Below, one piece after another: positions 42,952 through 55,327 of a stretch of 64,000 nt of DNA. Location of the stretch: positions 12,875,723 to 12,939,722 of the forward strand of contig CM119263.1 of the NCBI GenBank assembly GCA_051294375.1, read 5' to 3'. The notes beneath the pieces are model-generated. The model was not told where the DNA came from. It saw only the letters and a program-made list of their open reading frames with translations, and did not search any database. The translations under genes were made by a program, and so were the position numbers. Origin of the DNA: Paraspadella gotoi. Its lineage: Eukaryota > Animalia > Chaetognatha. The stretch's first letter is position 1; each line of letters begins with the position of its first letter.

Positions 42952-43780
42952 CATCTTTTCCGTCGCACCGTCTCATCTCTCCACTCATTTATCATCGGAG
43001 AGAAAACTTTCTTATCACCTTATACATCCATCGATTTAGCCGATCCGCCGAGCCTCGTTTACACCTTTCAATTTTTCTCCGGCGGTCGACGGGGAACAGA
43101 GGCGCGCTCGTTGCGGAACGGAGACTCTCTGCCTCGTTTCCGGAACAGAAGCGACGCGAGAGGCGAGGAAACCGAAGGGAGAAATATCATTACCGCCATA
43201 AAAGCTGGCAAAAAAAAAAAAAAAAAAAAAAAAGAGAGAGAAAGAAATAGGGCCATTGGAATTTTTTGAATTATTGTCCCCCCCGATCTTAATTTCCCGG
43301 GGGCGTTAAACGGGAGAAGAGAGTGTGAGAGCCCCGGGGTTGGGGAAATAAAGATAGGGGGGGATGTGCCCACTCGGGCGAACGATCTCGCAGACGGTGA
43401 TGGCGACGACGGCGACGACAGAGAGAAAAGGCTACGCCATAAACAATGCGTGAGAATGGAGCCGAGGACGAGCGCATTAATTCCTTCAATGATTCTGCTG
43501 GAGGAAGGAAGAGGATTGAGAATATAAAAAAAAAGGAAATTTGAGGAGCGGACGCCCTCGGCAGGTTTTTTCTTCAGTCACGTGATCAAGGAGTTGCATC
43601 GATGCAGAGAGGCTGGAGTTTTTTTTTTTTTTTTTTTTTTCGAGTAAAGGGACCGAATTTTAATTAAAACTTGATTTTAAAGTTTGATAATGAGACTAAT
43701 CGATTAAAATAATAATGAGAAATGAGAAAGAAAATAAAAGAAAGCAAGAAAGCGGACGAAAGAATGAAAGAAAGAAAATA

Positions 43781-43824
<44 letters not shown>

Positions 43825-43973
43825 AGAAAGAAAGAAAGAAAGAGAAAGAAAGAAAGAAAGAAAGAACGAAAAGAAATAAAGAAAAAGAAATAATCAAAGA
43901 AAAAAGAAATAAAAAAGAAAATATGAAACAAGAAAGAATGGTAAGAAAGAAAAGAATAAAATAAAATTAGAGA

Positions 43974-44055
<82 letters not shown>

Positions 44056-44500
44056 AAGAGAGAATGAGAGAGACGAGAGAGGAGAGAGAGAAAAAAGAGA
44101 TAAAGAGAGACAGAGGAGAGAGAGAGCTAAGCGAACGGCAACCGATGGGGGGATGATACGCTCAGCCTTGGGAGTCAGGTGAGGAAGGCGCGCCGCGGAG
44201 AAAAATCGAAAGCGGCGCATGAGCGAGTAATTGGGTGAGTTACTACAACCGCGCAGAAAATACAATTACTTTAACGACATTTCTGGCGGAAGATGGTTAA
44301 GGGAATAACTTTTTGAGGGGAGGATAAAAGAAAAGCCGGTGAGGACACGAGTCCTTGTGAAAGAGATTGGGCGAGAGGTTGCGCGAGAGAATGTCGGAGG
44401 GAAAAGATTAAAGGGGTCTGGAAGGGAGAGAGAAGAAAGAAGGAAATGTTATTCTCAGAAAAAAAAAAAACACCCGGTCTTAAAACCATTTTAACTTTAA

Positions 44501-44621
44501 CATTTAGTGAAAAGGTTTGAAATAGTTTCTACATCGAATTTATTTTTCAATAAAACAAAGACATTTTTCGGCTTTTTTTGTTTTACAAGCCTTTCTCAAC
44601 TCTGTGTTGAAAACCCTTTTG

Positions 44622-44693
<72 letters not shown>

Positions 44694-44872
44694 AAATTTC
44701 TCTCTTCTTTTGCACATAATTTTTTCCTGTAATTCACAACTGTTAACGCTGATGAAGGCTTGTAAAACAAAAAAAATCCGAAACATGTCCGTTTTTTTAT
44801 TGAAAAATAAATTCGTTGTAGAGGCGTTTTCAAACCTTTTCACGAAATGTCCAAACACAACGAAAAGAAAGG
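44501..44872. mobile_element. Penelope-like element remnant: inverted pseudo-LTR pair around a (TC)n tract
   Basis: 44501-44600 is a diverged reverse complement of 44748-44849, and both arms carry hammerhead-like motifs. The tail ACACAACGAAAAGAAAGG is shared with the element at 24.5 kb. Confidence 0.65.
44745..44793 (+). ncRNA. minimal type I hammerhead ribozyme motif (Penelope-type)
   Basis: AACG-CTGATGA-A-GGCTT...AATCC-GAAAC-AT-GTC-CGTT. Both core boxes are intact, helix I (AACG/CGTT) is perfect, helix II has one mismatch, and the short palindromic helix III (ACATGT) precedes a GUC cleavage triplet. Confidence 0.7.
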
Positions 44873-45047
44873 ATCATAATACAATTTTAAAACGACTTTA
44901 TACAACTTATCTTCGTAAAAAGCGCACCATGTTAAAAAAGAAAATAGATAAAATTAAAGAACAAAGAAAAATAGTAAAAAAAAAAAGAAAGATTTTGAAG
45001 CTCAGGAAAGACGGGATAAAAAAAGAAAAGGAAAGAGAAACTCAAAC

Positions 45048-45254
45048 CTCGGCGCCGAGATTCTCGCAGCCGAGCATCGCTTCCTCCTTTCTTCTTCTTC
45101 TCTCTTCCATCTCTTTCTCTTTCAATTCCCTCCTCGCTTCCTCCTTCCTCGTTCTCTCCTCCTTCACCTCCCTCTCCCTCTCCTGCAATTCTCTCCTCGC
45201 CTCTTCCGACTCTTCCCGCCAGAGGCGACAGGCGGCGCGGGCCTGGGCCAGGGC
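45048..45254 (-). CDS. unk: Unkempt-like exon 5 (coiled coil)
   Basis: Acceptor ccttag| at 45255. Encodes ALAQARAACRLWREESEEARRELQERE..., like the Unkempt WxQxKQACDAWxxEAxEA coiled-coil motif. Donor GAG|GTTTGA at 45047. Length 207 nt, phase 0-0. Confidence 0.85.
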
Positions 45255-45743
45255 CTAAGGGTGAAAGGGTGAAAAAGTGGGGTCGCTTAGAAAGTGAGTA
45301 TTTCTTTTTTTTTTTTTTAATAAATGGATGGGCGGGATAAAAGTGAAATGACCAAAAGCCGAAAGCCGAAAAGCACCGCTTCTTTCATCCGCTCGACTCG
45401 CTGGTTAGGTTAAGATATAACAGGAGGAAGGGGAAAGGCGAGGAGATTGGTGGAGAAGGCGGGACACGACGACCGTATTTTAAATAATTAAAGTCGCAAA
45501 GATTAAAAAAAAATTAATATTTCGACGCTCGCGAAATTCGAGTCAGATTAATCGCTTTCCTCATAAATAACCGAAGCCGCGTTAAAAAAAAATATCTTCG
45601 CTATTTCCATCCTTTAATTCGTTTCATATTATGTCGGGGAAAAAAATTAAAAAAAGAGAATAAAATTTTCTTGATATTGAGTTGTGCCTTCGCAGCTGCG
45701 CCTGTTCTACTCATCGGTCGCGGAAAGAGACGACAGAAGCGAA

Positions 45744-45790
<47 letters not shown>

Positions 45791-46009
45791 GCTTTGGAAA
45801 TATCAATAATTTATAACTAAAGCAGCTATATCGTCACTTAATCATTGATAACGAGTGAGAACTCGCTATCTTTATTTAATATTCTTCCTTTCGAATATAG
45901 TCACACTCGGGTTCAAAACTGGTTTTTCAATTAAAAGAAATAAACCTTAAAAAAAAAAAGATTTTCTCATCCACGACATTCGTGTGAACTAATCTAACTA
46001 ACTGAATAC

Positions 46010-46479
46010 CTGCTCCCAGGTCGCGAATAGAATGTCGTTTTCATTTTTGGTCATCGTCGTCGTCGTCATTGGCATCATCATCATCTTCGACGTCGTCGTC
46101 GTCGTGGTCGTCATTTCCGTCGCCGGCCTCTTCTTCTCCGCCGCTTCATTCTCCGTGAGGACGATCTCTCCCACCGCCATCGCCGCCCCAAAATTTGACG
46201 TCGGCGCCGACAGGATTTCGGCACCGCCGGCGCTGCACCCAATTCCAAGCCCGGCGCCGCCGGCCACCATCCGAAGCGCCGCAGCGGCGGAGCACGCAGC
46301 GGCGCCGTAGGTCAGCTTTCGCGCCATGTCCGGCGTCGGAACGTCGAAGATCGGCGCCCGGAAGTCGTCGGCGCCGTGACCGAAGGCGCAGTGACGTCCG
46401 TAGCGCGAACAAGCGCCGGATTCTGTCGTCGTGTGGATGCAGGGCGTCGTTTTGAAGTAGCGAAGATGGTAGATGCACT
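46010..46479 (-). CDS. unk: Unkempt-like exon 4 (ZnF3, Ala/Gly/Thr/Met-rich linker, start of coiled coil)
   Basis: Acceptor tccag| at 46480. Reads ECIYHLRYFKTTPCIHTTTESGACSRYGRHCAFGHGADDFRAPIFD and stays open through ...ILFATWEQ. Donor CAG|GTATTC at 46009 (phase 0). Confidence 0.9.
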
Positions 46480-46559
46480 CTGGACAAGGGTGGCGTGAAG
46501 AGAATGATTTGGAATTTGGAGGACTATTTCACGAAGAGGATTATGATGATGAAGATGAT

Positions 46560-46615
46560 TGAATGAATGAATGAATGAATGAATGAATGAATGAATGAAT
46601 GAATGAATGAATGAA
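46560..46615 (+). repeat. (TGAA)n microsatellite in unk intron 3
   Basis: Tandem TGAA units. Confidence 0.95.
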
Positions 46616-46662
46616 GATTATCATGACCATGATAATGATAAAGAGGAGGACGAAGCCTCTAC

Positions 46663-46757
46663 CGGTGTCTCCCAGATTGTGGTGCAGGTAAGGGCAGTCG
46701 TCGCCGTCCGGACAAACCCCGCTCTTCTCTTCGTACTTGGCGCAGTAAATGTACGGA
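46663..46757 (-). CDS. unk: Unkempt-like exon 3 (ZnF2)
   Basis: Acceptor ctcag| at 46758. Encodes (S)PYIYCAKYEEKSGVCPDGDDCPYLHHNLGDT. Donor G|GTAGAG at 46662. Phases fit both neighbouring exons. Confidence 0.93.
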
Positions 46758-47650
46758 CTGAGGGTGTGAGATGGGTAGGTCATTATAAAAGTTCGTCGAA
46801 TTAATCAATCAATCTTTTCAACCGGAAGAAAAACTCGCGCGGTCAATCAAAAACTAAATCATAAAAATAATCTGCTTGTATATTCTAAGCAGCTACGAAA
46901 TTAATGTACATATTGTACATACATTCAACTGTAAAGTAAAATGTAAAAAGAAGTAGAGAAGAAAAGATTGAGGGAATAAGAAAAGTAGGAAAAGCGCAGG
47001 ACGAGCGAAACTGGAAGAGTTCCCGCATTCAAAACTGCCACCATTTTTTTCTCTCTCTTGGGTGACGTCAACGGGAAATGAGAAAAAAAGTGAGATGGGA
47101 TAAAAGACAAGTTTATAGATTGAATTTGTTATCAGAGGAAAAAGGAGGGTTAATAATAGTAGAAAATTAATCAATATGTTTGATAAAATGATTAGGTTTA
47201 ATGAACAAAAAAATAGGGTACGTAAATGTAAGCGTTTGGGAATCGAGAAAAAAAATGTTTTACGAATCAAACTTTCAAATGACGCGAATGAAAAAAAAGA
47301 AGGTAATTTTAAGTAATCTTGTGCCTCATTCCATCTTCTTTACCCAGCAGCCCACTACGTTTCTCCCCCTCCCCTACTCTTCTTCTTACTCCTCCTCTTC
47401 TTCCTCCTCCTCCTCCGCCCTTTCGTCCTTATCCTCCCCCACGATCGAGGGCTCTTAACCGGAAATATGCAGAAATATTCATTTCGCCCTCCGGAAAATG
47501 TAATTAGAAGGGACGGGATTAGAATATTCATCCGGCTCAGTAATTCTTTTATTTTTTTCATTCTTTTTCTTCCAAACGTTACAAAGTGAAAAGAAAAGGT
47601 GAGTGACAGTCACGCGACAGATGGAGAAAAAAGGAAATATAGAGAACGAG

Positions 47651-47780
<130 letters not shown>

Positions 47781-47947
47781 TCTTGCGACGAGAGAGTAAA
47801 AATGAAGGAGGGAGAAGGAGAGCGAATGAAAAATATCGCTTCGATTATATTAGGTAATTTGCCCTCATCTTTACAACGAGAAGAAGACGACGATGACGAC
47901 GACGAAAAAGACGACGACGTCGACGATACCGATAAACCATTCCTCCC

Positions 47948-48050
47948 CTGTAGTTGTAGCTTCCGTCTAAATTCCGCGCCGGCCTTCGACGTCGCTGGTT
48001 GAGGAAATGCCAGTGAAAGCACGTGAACGGCTTGTGAAACTGGCATTTGC
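47948..48050 (-). CDS. unk: Unkempt-like exon 2 (rest of ZnF1)
   Basis: Acceptor ccag| at 48051. Encodes GKCQFHKPFTCFHWHFLNQRRRRPARNLDGSYNY, the hallmark Unkempt motif. The 3' end is either AG|GGGAGG at 47948 or CG|GTATCG at 47930; both are phase 2. Confidence 0.93.
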
Positions 48051-49578
48051 CTGGTGTGGGGAAGAAAAAAAATGTCAAAAAAAATGTAAAAAAAAATGTT
48101 TTTTCTTAATTTCATTATTATTGTATTGAACCAGTTATCAATATCGTCATTAAGCTGGAACGAAGTAAGTTCAGAGAACCGTGAAGTGAGGGGAAAACGA
48201 GTTTAAGGACTTTAAAAATGACGCCGACTGCGTCAACCGGTCAAATTGCGTCGATATCGACAAAACTTCGGAGTTTCAACTCACTCAAAGTCAAACTTAA
48301 ACTGGAAATCGTCTATGCAGAAAAAAGCAATACAAACAGTTTTCTTTTTTCCAAATACGCACGGAGAGAGAGGAAGCGAGCGAGAGAGAGAGAGAGGAGA
48401 GAGGAGAGAGAGAAGAGAAGAGAGAGAGAGAGAGACGAGAGAGAGAGAGAGAGAAGAGAAACCGGGTCTTAAATTGTCTCGTGAAATTGGCACTTGCCAG
48501 TCTAAAGTGAACGGCGCACGCGAGAATAATAAAAAAAAAAAAACACCAAAATTTTAAGTAAACCGTTTTCAAAGCCTCTTTAGAAAAAGTTTTTTAGTTC
48601 AATATTTGAAGGAGCTAGTTGACATAACTATTTCTTTTACGTCTAAATTTTCAAATTTCAGTCAATGCTTACCTCGGATAAACTAAACACTAAACTAAAT
48701 CTTTTAATATTTAATCAGAGATTTTACCTAAACTACGCCAAAAGTCTACTTCGACTGAAAAAAAAATGGCCCGATGAGATGTTTCAAAAATATAATATAT
48801 AATATAAAAAGTTTACAGTATTTCGTACGACTCGAAGAACTAAAGTTTATTCAAAAACCAAAAATTCTAACTCTACGGAGAAAAGGGTTCTTTAATTCTC
48901 TTTCAAATATTAGCTTCATTACAAAACCCTGCCTCCATTTTTTCTCTCCGACGTTCCTTTCGTTGCTCATTTTTTTCCTGCTACATTTTTTTTTTTGCGC
49001 CGCGTTTACTATTCTCATTTTAACCTCCAATCATGGCTTCACACTCTCTTCCCATAAAAATTTTATTTCTTTCCATTTTCACACCTTTTTATTTTCAATC
49101 GTTTTTTTTTTTATTTCGTTTGGTTATTTTCAGTTTGAAAGTTCTCTTCTTTCATGTTTACCTTTACTTAACTCTACTTTAATTTCAATTTTTACGATTT
49201 TTTTCCCATTGGCTTATTAGCGAAATTAAGAAATGTTAATATCTCAAAGAATTAGAATAGGCAACCTTCTACCATTAATATAATTTAAAAGTAGTTTCTT
49301 TCATCTATTTCTATCTTCATTCCTATCTTAGACAGGGTTTAAATGTAAACCTTTTCTCTCTATTTCTCTTAAATTTTAATGGACCTTTGCTAATTTTTGT
49401 TTACGGTTTTGCGGTCTTCCCGCTTATCAATTTGTTTTCACTCTACAATGTATAAAACAAAACAAATTTTTGTATGAAACACATCATAAACCCTTCTCTA
49501 GTTTAATGCTTTTGATCTGTTACCTTTTTTCAATTAATTCTTTTTTTTTGCTAATAATTTCCTTTAAAAATTTCGCGA

Positions 49579-52500
49579 TATAACGTAAATTTAAAAAAGA
49601 TAAGAAAATCGGGAATCGAGGTTTGCAGGATTTTTTGCCGGCTTTTCCGATTTTATTTCCGATCACGCGGTGAAGGTAATTAATCTCAAATCCACGTGAT
49701 AAAATTTCAATTCAAGGCGCAGAAAAAAAAATCCACGCAGAAGAAAATGAAATGAAAGGAAATAAACTCGGGCTATTTTTGCCAAAAATTGAAAGCTTGA
49801 GAATGGAATTTAAAATATTTATTTTAAAGTTATATAAATGAAATTGGTACAACCAATATAAAAATTATCCATTCATTTAATAAATAAGCTATCTTGCCCC
49901 TGACTTTGGACAGGCTTTGGTGGTTTAAGCCTCCATCACTCTTACAAGAAATGACATAGCAGGTCCCTGCAAGCTTTCAATCAAGGACTCTCTCACAGTC
50001 TTGTTTATTCACTCCCAGAGTACCTGGCTTCCCTATCATGAAGTGGGAAATATTCAACAGTGTATTCAATTGTATGAAAAAGACACTCCCTTAAGTATTA
50101 GATCGGGGATACTTAATGTTAAATGTTAAATGTTAAATGTTAGTTATTTATATAAAGTTATCAGTAAACTTTTACTGGGTGCGAGGCTTGGGAAGCAATT
50201 TCAAATCATTATTCTCTAAGTTGTGGGTAGGTTTGTCGTTCTGTCAGTCTATCTGACTAAATTTTAAATGTTCATAACTCGTTTTATGCTACATAATTTT
50301 AAATAATATTTTGTAGGAATGTTGGATAATATGTATTATGAAATGTTTAAAGTGTGCTGGGCAGGTGATTATATAAAATTCAATCATATGGCTAACTTTT
50401 ACTATAAAAATATGAAATAGTCAATATTTTGAAAAGTGGTGAGGTACTATTAAATGCCATACAAGGTTAATATAGTCAAAAACTTTGTGTTAAATTTTTT
50501 TTCATTATATTTTTTTTAGCAATAACAACGATTTTATCAACAATAAAGGTTGGATATATTTTGACTCTTTGCTTTTTTGAGTCTTCATCAGCGGTTTGAC
50601 TCAACAGATTTTGGTTTCACAAACATTGAGTTGGTGAGAGAGAGAGAGGAGAAAGAAATTTCCAACAAAGAAATTAAGAAAAGGATAGATGGGAGGACAG
50701 GAGAAGGTGAGGATAGGGAGGAGAGAGGAGTGAATAAAATTTGAAACTGGTAAGAGAGAGAGGGAAAAATCACTACATTTGGCATTTTTAAGCTCTTTCT
50801 TACTTATTTTCCCTACTCTTATCTTATCCATCCCTAACCACTTATTTTATTTAGTTTAAAATTAAGTTTGCTTAATTTAAATCTATCTTTGTTGTATATT
50901 GCTTAATATAATGATTTTTCCCTCTTACTTTCTCTCTATCTCTATCTCTTTACTAGTTTCCAAAATTTATTCACTCTCTCTCCTTCCTATTCTCACCTCA
51001 ACCTATCCTCATTTCTGACCACTGTCTTTTCTTCAATTCTTTGTTGGAACGGAAATCTTGTGAAACCGAAATCTGTTGAGTCAAACGCTGAAGAAGACTC
51101 ATAAAAAGCTAGAGTCGAAACCTTTATATTAATAAATCATTGTTAATGCTGAATAAAACTTGTTTTCTTTATATCAAACCTTTATAAATAAGTGAACCAC
51201 AAATTAAATGCTCATAGTACATAATTTGCTTCATATGTTTCTAATGTACTTTGGAAATTCTTCCATAAAATACGACATAAGACTAAACCTGCCAGTTTTT
51301 TTTCATTTACTCATAATTTATTCTTTTTTTAATATTAAGATTCAATCAAACTAGGTTCATACAGTTTTTTCTCAATTTTTTCACTTTTTTGTGTTTGACT
51401 TAAGAAAGAAGGTTTTTTGATTGATTTGTTCTGAACTAATCAATCATTCTGTTTAACTATAGCATAATAAACTTGAACTGTAGTTATAGTTTTATATAAG
51501 TTTACACTAGTTAGACTGCAATAAAATAAAAAATGACGCATCAGCTAACCATGCAGCAAGCTTTTACATATCCTAATTTACTTTCTTACAAACACACCAC
51601 TCTCATTCAGGTCATCACTAAATTCTCCACCAAGAGTCAAAATATCTAAACAGAAGGAAGAAAAGTTTTTTTTACCTAACTATTTCCAGGATAAATTTTT
51701 ACATATACTCTTATTTATCTTGGCCATTTATAAATCTATACTAATGCCCATACTAATTAAAATTAATATTTCCTTAGTTTAATTTGTTTGATACTATTCA
51801 CAAAATATTACTTGATCAATAAAAATATGACAATCTAGCTATCTTAATAAAGGCAAGACCAAGTAGATTCAAAATTTTTACTTCAATTTTTTTAAAACAA
51901 AAATTACTATTTCTGGAGAAAACAATTTACTTCATGGCCACAAAAGTTAGTAATTGGGCATTTTCCAAACAACTTTTGATATTTACTAAAAGCAAAAGAC
52001 TCAGCAGATTTTCTTGAAAAATATGATAATTTTTAATTTAAATTTGAACAGTTCTCTTGTAATAAGGGCGCAAATTTAAGCCATAAAGAGCTCAAAATTT
52101 TTAAAAAGTTATGGAGAATATAATTATAATTTAACCATTTTTTATTTTTTTTTTAGTTTTTAAAGTTTATATTGTGTATTTTGATTTTATTTTTAGTAAG
52201 TACTGCTAAATATATTTTTTTAATATTTAATCTTCACAAAATTTAGTAATAACTTTTAGTAAGTATTTTTATCAAAAAAACTAATTGTCATCTTATATTT
52301 ATAATTATTAATATTATCATTATTAATAAATTTATTTAAAAATAAAAGGTTTAATAAAAAATATAAGGTCTATGATCAAAAATTATAATATCAAAATCAA
52401 ATCAAGTATTGATTTAATCATTATTTTATTTAAAAAATCCTTTTAAATTTAATTTCCATATAGATTACGATCAAAGAAAAACCGCAAAAAGTACTTCGAT

Positions 52501-54235
52501 CACTTGGAAACTCTGGAGAGTTCCTTTCCGGTCAAAAATGTTTTTTCAGGTTTATCAGTCCCAATGTCTTCTACAGACAAAAAAAGAACCTAATAAAATG
52601 AGGTCGTGACCCTTCATCTGGCTTTGTAATTAAAAAATTTGGGTAACTCTATCCATAGTCTATGATCTGGATTTGAAAATTAGAGGCTCAGCGATAAGTT
52701 TTTACCAACGAGTCATTACTGTTTGGTCACTTGTTGTCCATACAGTTGCTGACTTCTTTCTGTCTCGCTCTCTTTCTTCCTTAACCAGTCCTGCGGATTT
52801 CACTTTTCAGTCACCATAAAATATCTTTCTTATTCTGACCGTCTCCTTGGTTACGCAAAAAAAAATATTTGTGCATAGCATCGAACAAGTGCAACCTTCG
52901 CCATCTTAAACAACAATCGATTCTCTCTCTCACTTTTAGCTTTTTGCCTCTCTTTGCTCTCATCTTTGCCTCACTCTCTCTATGTCGCTTTCTCTTGGTT
53001 TTACTGCATCAATTTACAGAACTTTTGTCACTTACATTACCATTACACACATTACAGTATTATTATTAAAAGCAAATGATGTCATAAAAATTAATAGCAA
53101 CATTGATCACAATAACATAAGATAAAAAAACTGTCCTTCCAAATCCCTCTGAATACCTTATGCGAAAACCTTAAAAAAAAAAAAAAGAAAAAAATTACGA
53201 AAAATTTATAAAAAAAAACTTGTTTCAGACCATGCTCACGCAAGAATTATAATTTTGCATAAAATATTAATAAATTCAAAAAAATAAAAACATCAGATTA
53301 GTTGACAAAATCGATTTGGAAAAATCTGATTTTTTTTCAAAATACAAAATCTTTTCTCAAGTTCCTTATTTACTAATTTCTCCATGAGGACCAAATGCTT
53401 TTTTTTCAAAAATTTAAATAATTAACTTTTTAATTAATTTAAAAATCATTTTAGGTATTACTAAATTTTAAATATATTTTATAAAAATTTATAACCTAAA
53501 GTTCTAAGAAAGCATGCTTTTTCCCAAAAATGTCTCTTAGATCTTTCTTAAAACGCCAAACAAGTCCACAGCCACAAAATGAATTACAAAAAACTAGAAA
53601 AAAGCGCAATCATTGTCTTTGTCATTCTGATTTAAAAAATATTTGGTTGATTGTTATGCCTTAAATCTTCCTTTAAATGAAAAAATTAATAGGTTTAAAA
53701 GGATTAGCTCATTGATCTTTAGTTGTAAATTGAAGTTATGAAATATAACTTTTTTTTAATCAACAAGTTTAACCCAGATAATTAACCATTGACGATCGGT
53801 ATGTTAAATTGTTGTCACCGTTTTAAGCTACTTTTAGCCTGATTTTTTACATATTTTGATTATCTTTACGATCTAACTGCATTAAAAACAGTCATTGCGT
53901 AAAAAAAGCCTATTGTTCTTTCGAATATAACGCACTATGTTAGTAATCAGACAGAGTAAACAATTCTTTGGTCACAAGATAAAGGAATTTTGCATGAGAA
54001 GAGGCGCTGAATAAAATTTTCACGAGACTGTGCCACCGCGTAACTTATAACGTAAATTTAAAAAAGATAAGAAAATCGGGAATCGAGGTTTGCAGGATTT
54101 TTTGCCGGCTTTCCGATTTTATTTCCGATCACGCGGCGAAGGTAATTAATCTCAAATCACGTGATAAAATTTCAATTCAAGCGCAGAAAAAAAAATCCAC
54201 GCAGAAGAAAATGAAATGAAAGGAAATAAACTCGG
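49579..54235. repeat. direct repeat of about 190 bp: 49579-49771 and 54046-54235
   Basis: TATAACGTAAATTTAAAAAAGATAAGAAAATCGGGAATCGAGG...GGAAATAAACTCGG is present twice and nearly identical. The second copy lies about 145 bp before a 25-N gap. Confidence 0.88.
50518..51150. mobile_element. Penelope-like inverted pair (arms of about 250 bp) with hammerhead remnants
   Basis: 50518-50780 is a diverged reverse complement of about 50900-51150. The + arm has CTGAAGA-A-GACTC...GAGTC-GAAAC (51088-51121). The - arm has CTGATGA-A-GACTC...GAGTC-AAAAT. Confidence 0.6.
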
Positions 54236-55327
54236 CGCGATTAGGTTTCGGGCTGGGTGAGGGGTGGGGGTGGTGAGAGAGGATGGTGAAGATGGATGGG
54301 TGCTTCGTGTGAGGGAGATGGTAGCCGTTGGGTTGAGGAAAGAAAAGCGGTGGTATGAAGGTGAAAGTAGAAGAGAGCGGNNNNNNNNNNNNNNNNNNNN
54401 NNNNNATGTCGGCGGCCAAATAGCAAGTGTAGATGAAGAATATAAATAAAGCGCTTAAAAATTGAGAAACGTATTAGATAAGGTTTACAGGGTTTGAAAT
54501 TGAAGCGAATATGGCGACATTAGGATGGGGCATCTCACTGTTAGCTTTGGGGGCTTCCGACCCTCAGTGACGCCTGCTGTCACAGGCCCGAGGACAGTCT
54601 CGCTTTGCCAACACAGAGGGAAGTCGTTAGGACTGTGAATGGAACACAACGCTTGGTATGGTGTGTTCCGCCACTGAGCCAATGGGATTGGCTGAACGAT
54701 TATTATATTATTATACCGCCACACTAAACTATAACATGTGGATGTCTCTTGATTCCCCAAATACACAAAAGATAAAACGAATAAAATGGCCAGTGGGATG
54801 TCTACACCATTACTTTATCTCGGAATTAAACCCCCCTTTGGCACCAAACGCCAAACGCCATGCGCCACAGAAACTCCCGGAAAGATCTAAACCCACAGAG
54901 TTCCGGGAATCCCGCGTCGCATCGAGCGAAAAATCAAAGGGAGAAAATAAAAAAAATTAAAAAAACGAGAAGTCGAAAATTTTGAGAAAAAAATCTCAAA
55001 GGATGGAATTTCAGTGTCTAGTCCACGAATCTATGCATAGCTATGAGGCGTGGCTCAGATTGAAAAATGAAAAAAGAGGGGGAAAAAGAGAGAGAACGAG
55101 ATGGGACAAAAAAGAGAGGAAGGGGGAGAAGAAATAAAGGGGAGATACAGAAAGGCAGAACAAAAAATTCAATTTCAATCCCTCGCTGCGGAATGGAAAT
55201 TGAGGAAAAAAAAACGACAGTAGTGCAAAGGGATACGAGATAATTATTCGATTAAACAAAAGAAATCTAGAGATTGTGCAGAGAGAGAGAAGAGGAGAGA
55301 GAGAGAGAGAGAGAGAGAGTGTGTTAC

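Noticed and set aside
43068-43500. GC-rich block behind a pyrimidine-tract CAG in unk intron 5, as an extra exon
   Set aside because: In the required phase 0 it hits TGA within a few codons, and the other frames show no Unkempt similarity.
55041-55327. Hydrophobic C-terminal tail of the 540-aa ORF as a transmembrane region
   Set aside because: It is read-through into intron 1 past the GT donor at 55327.
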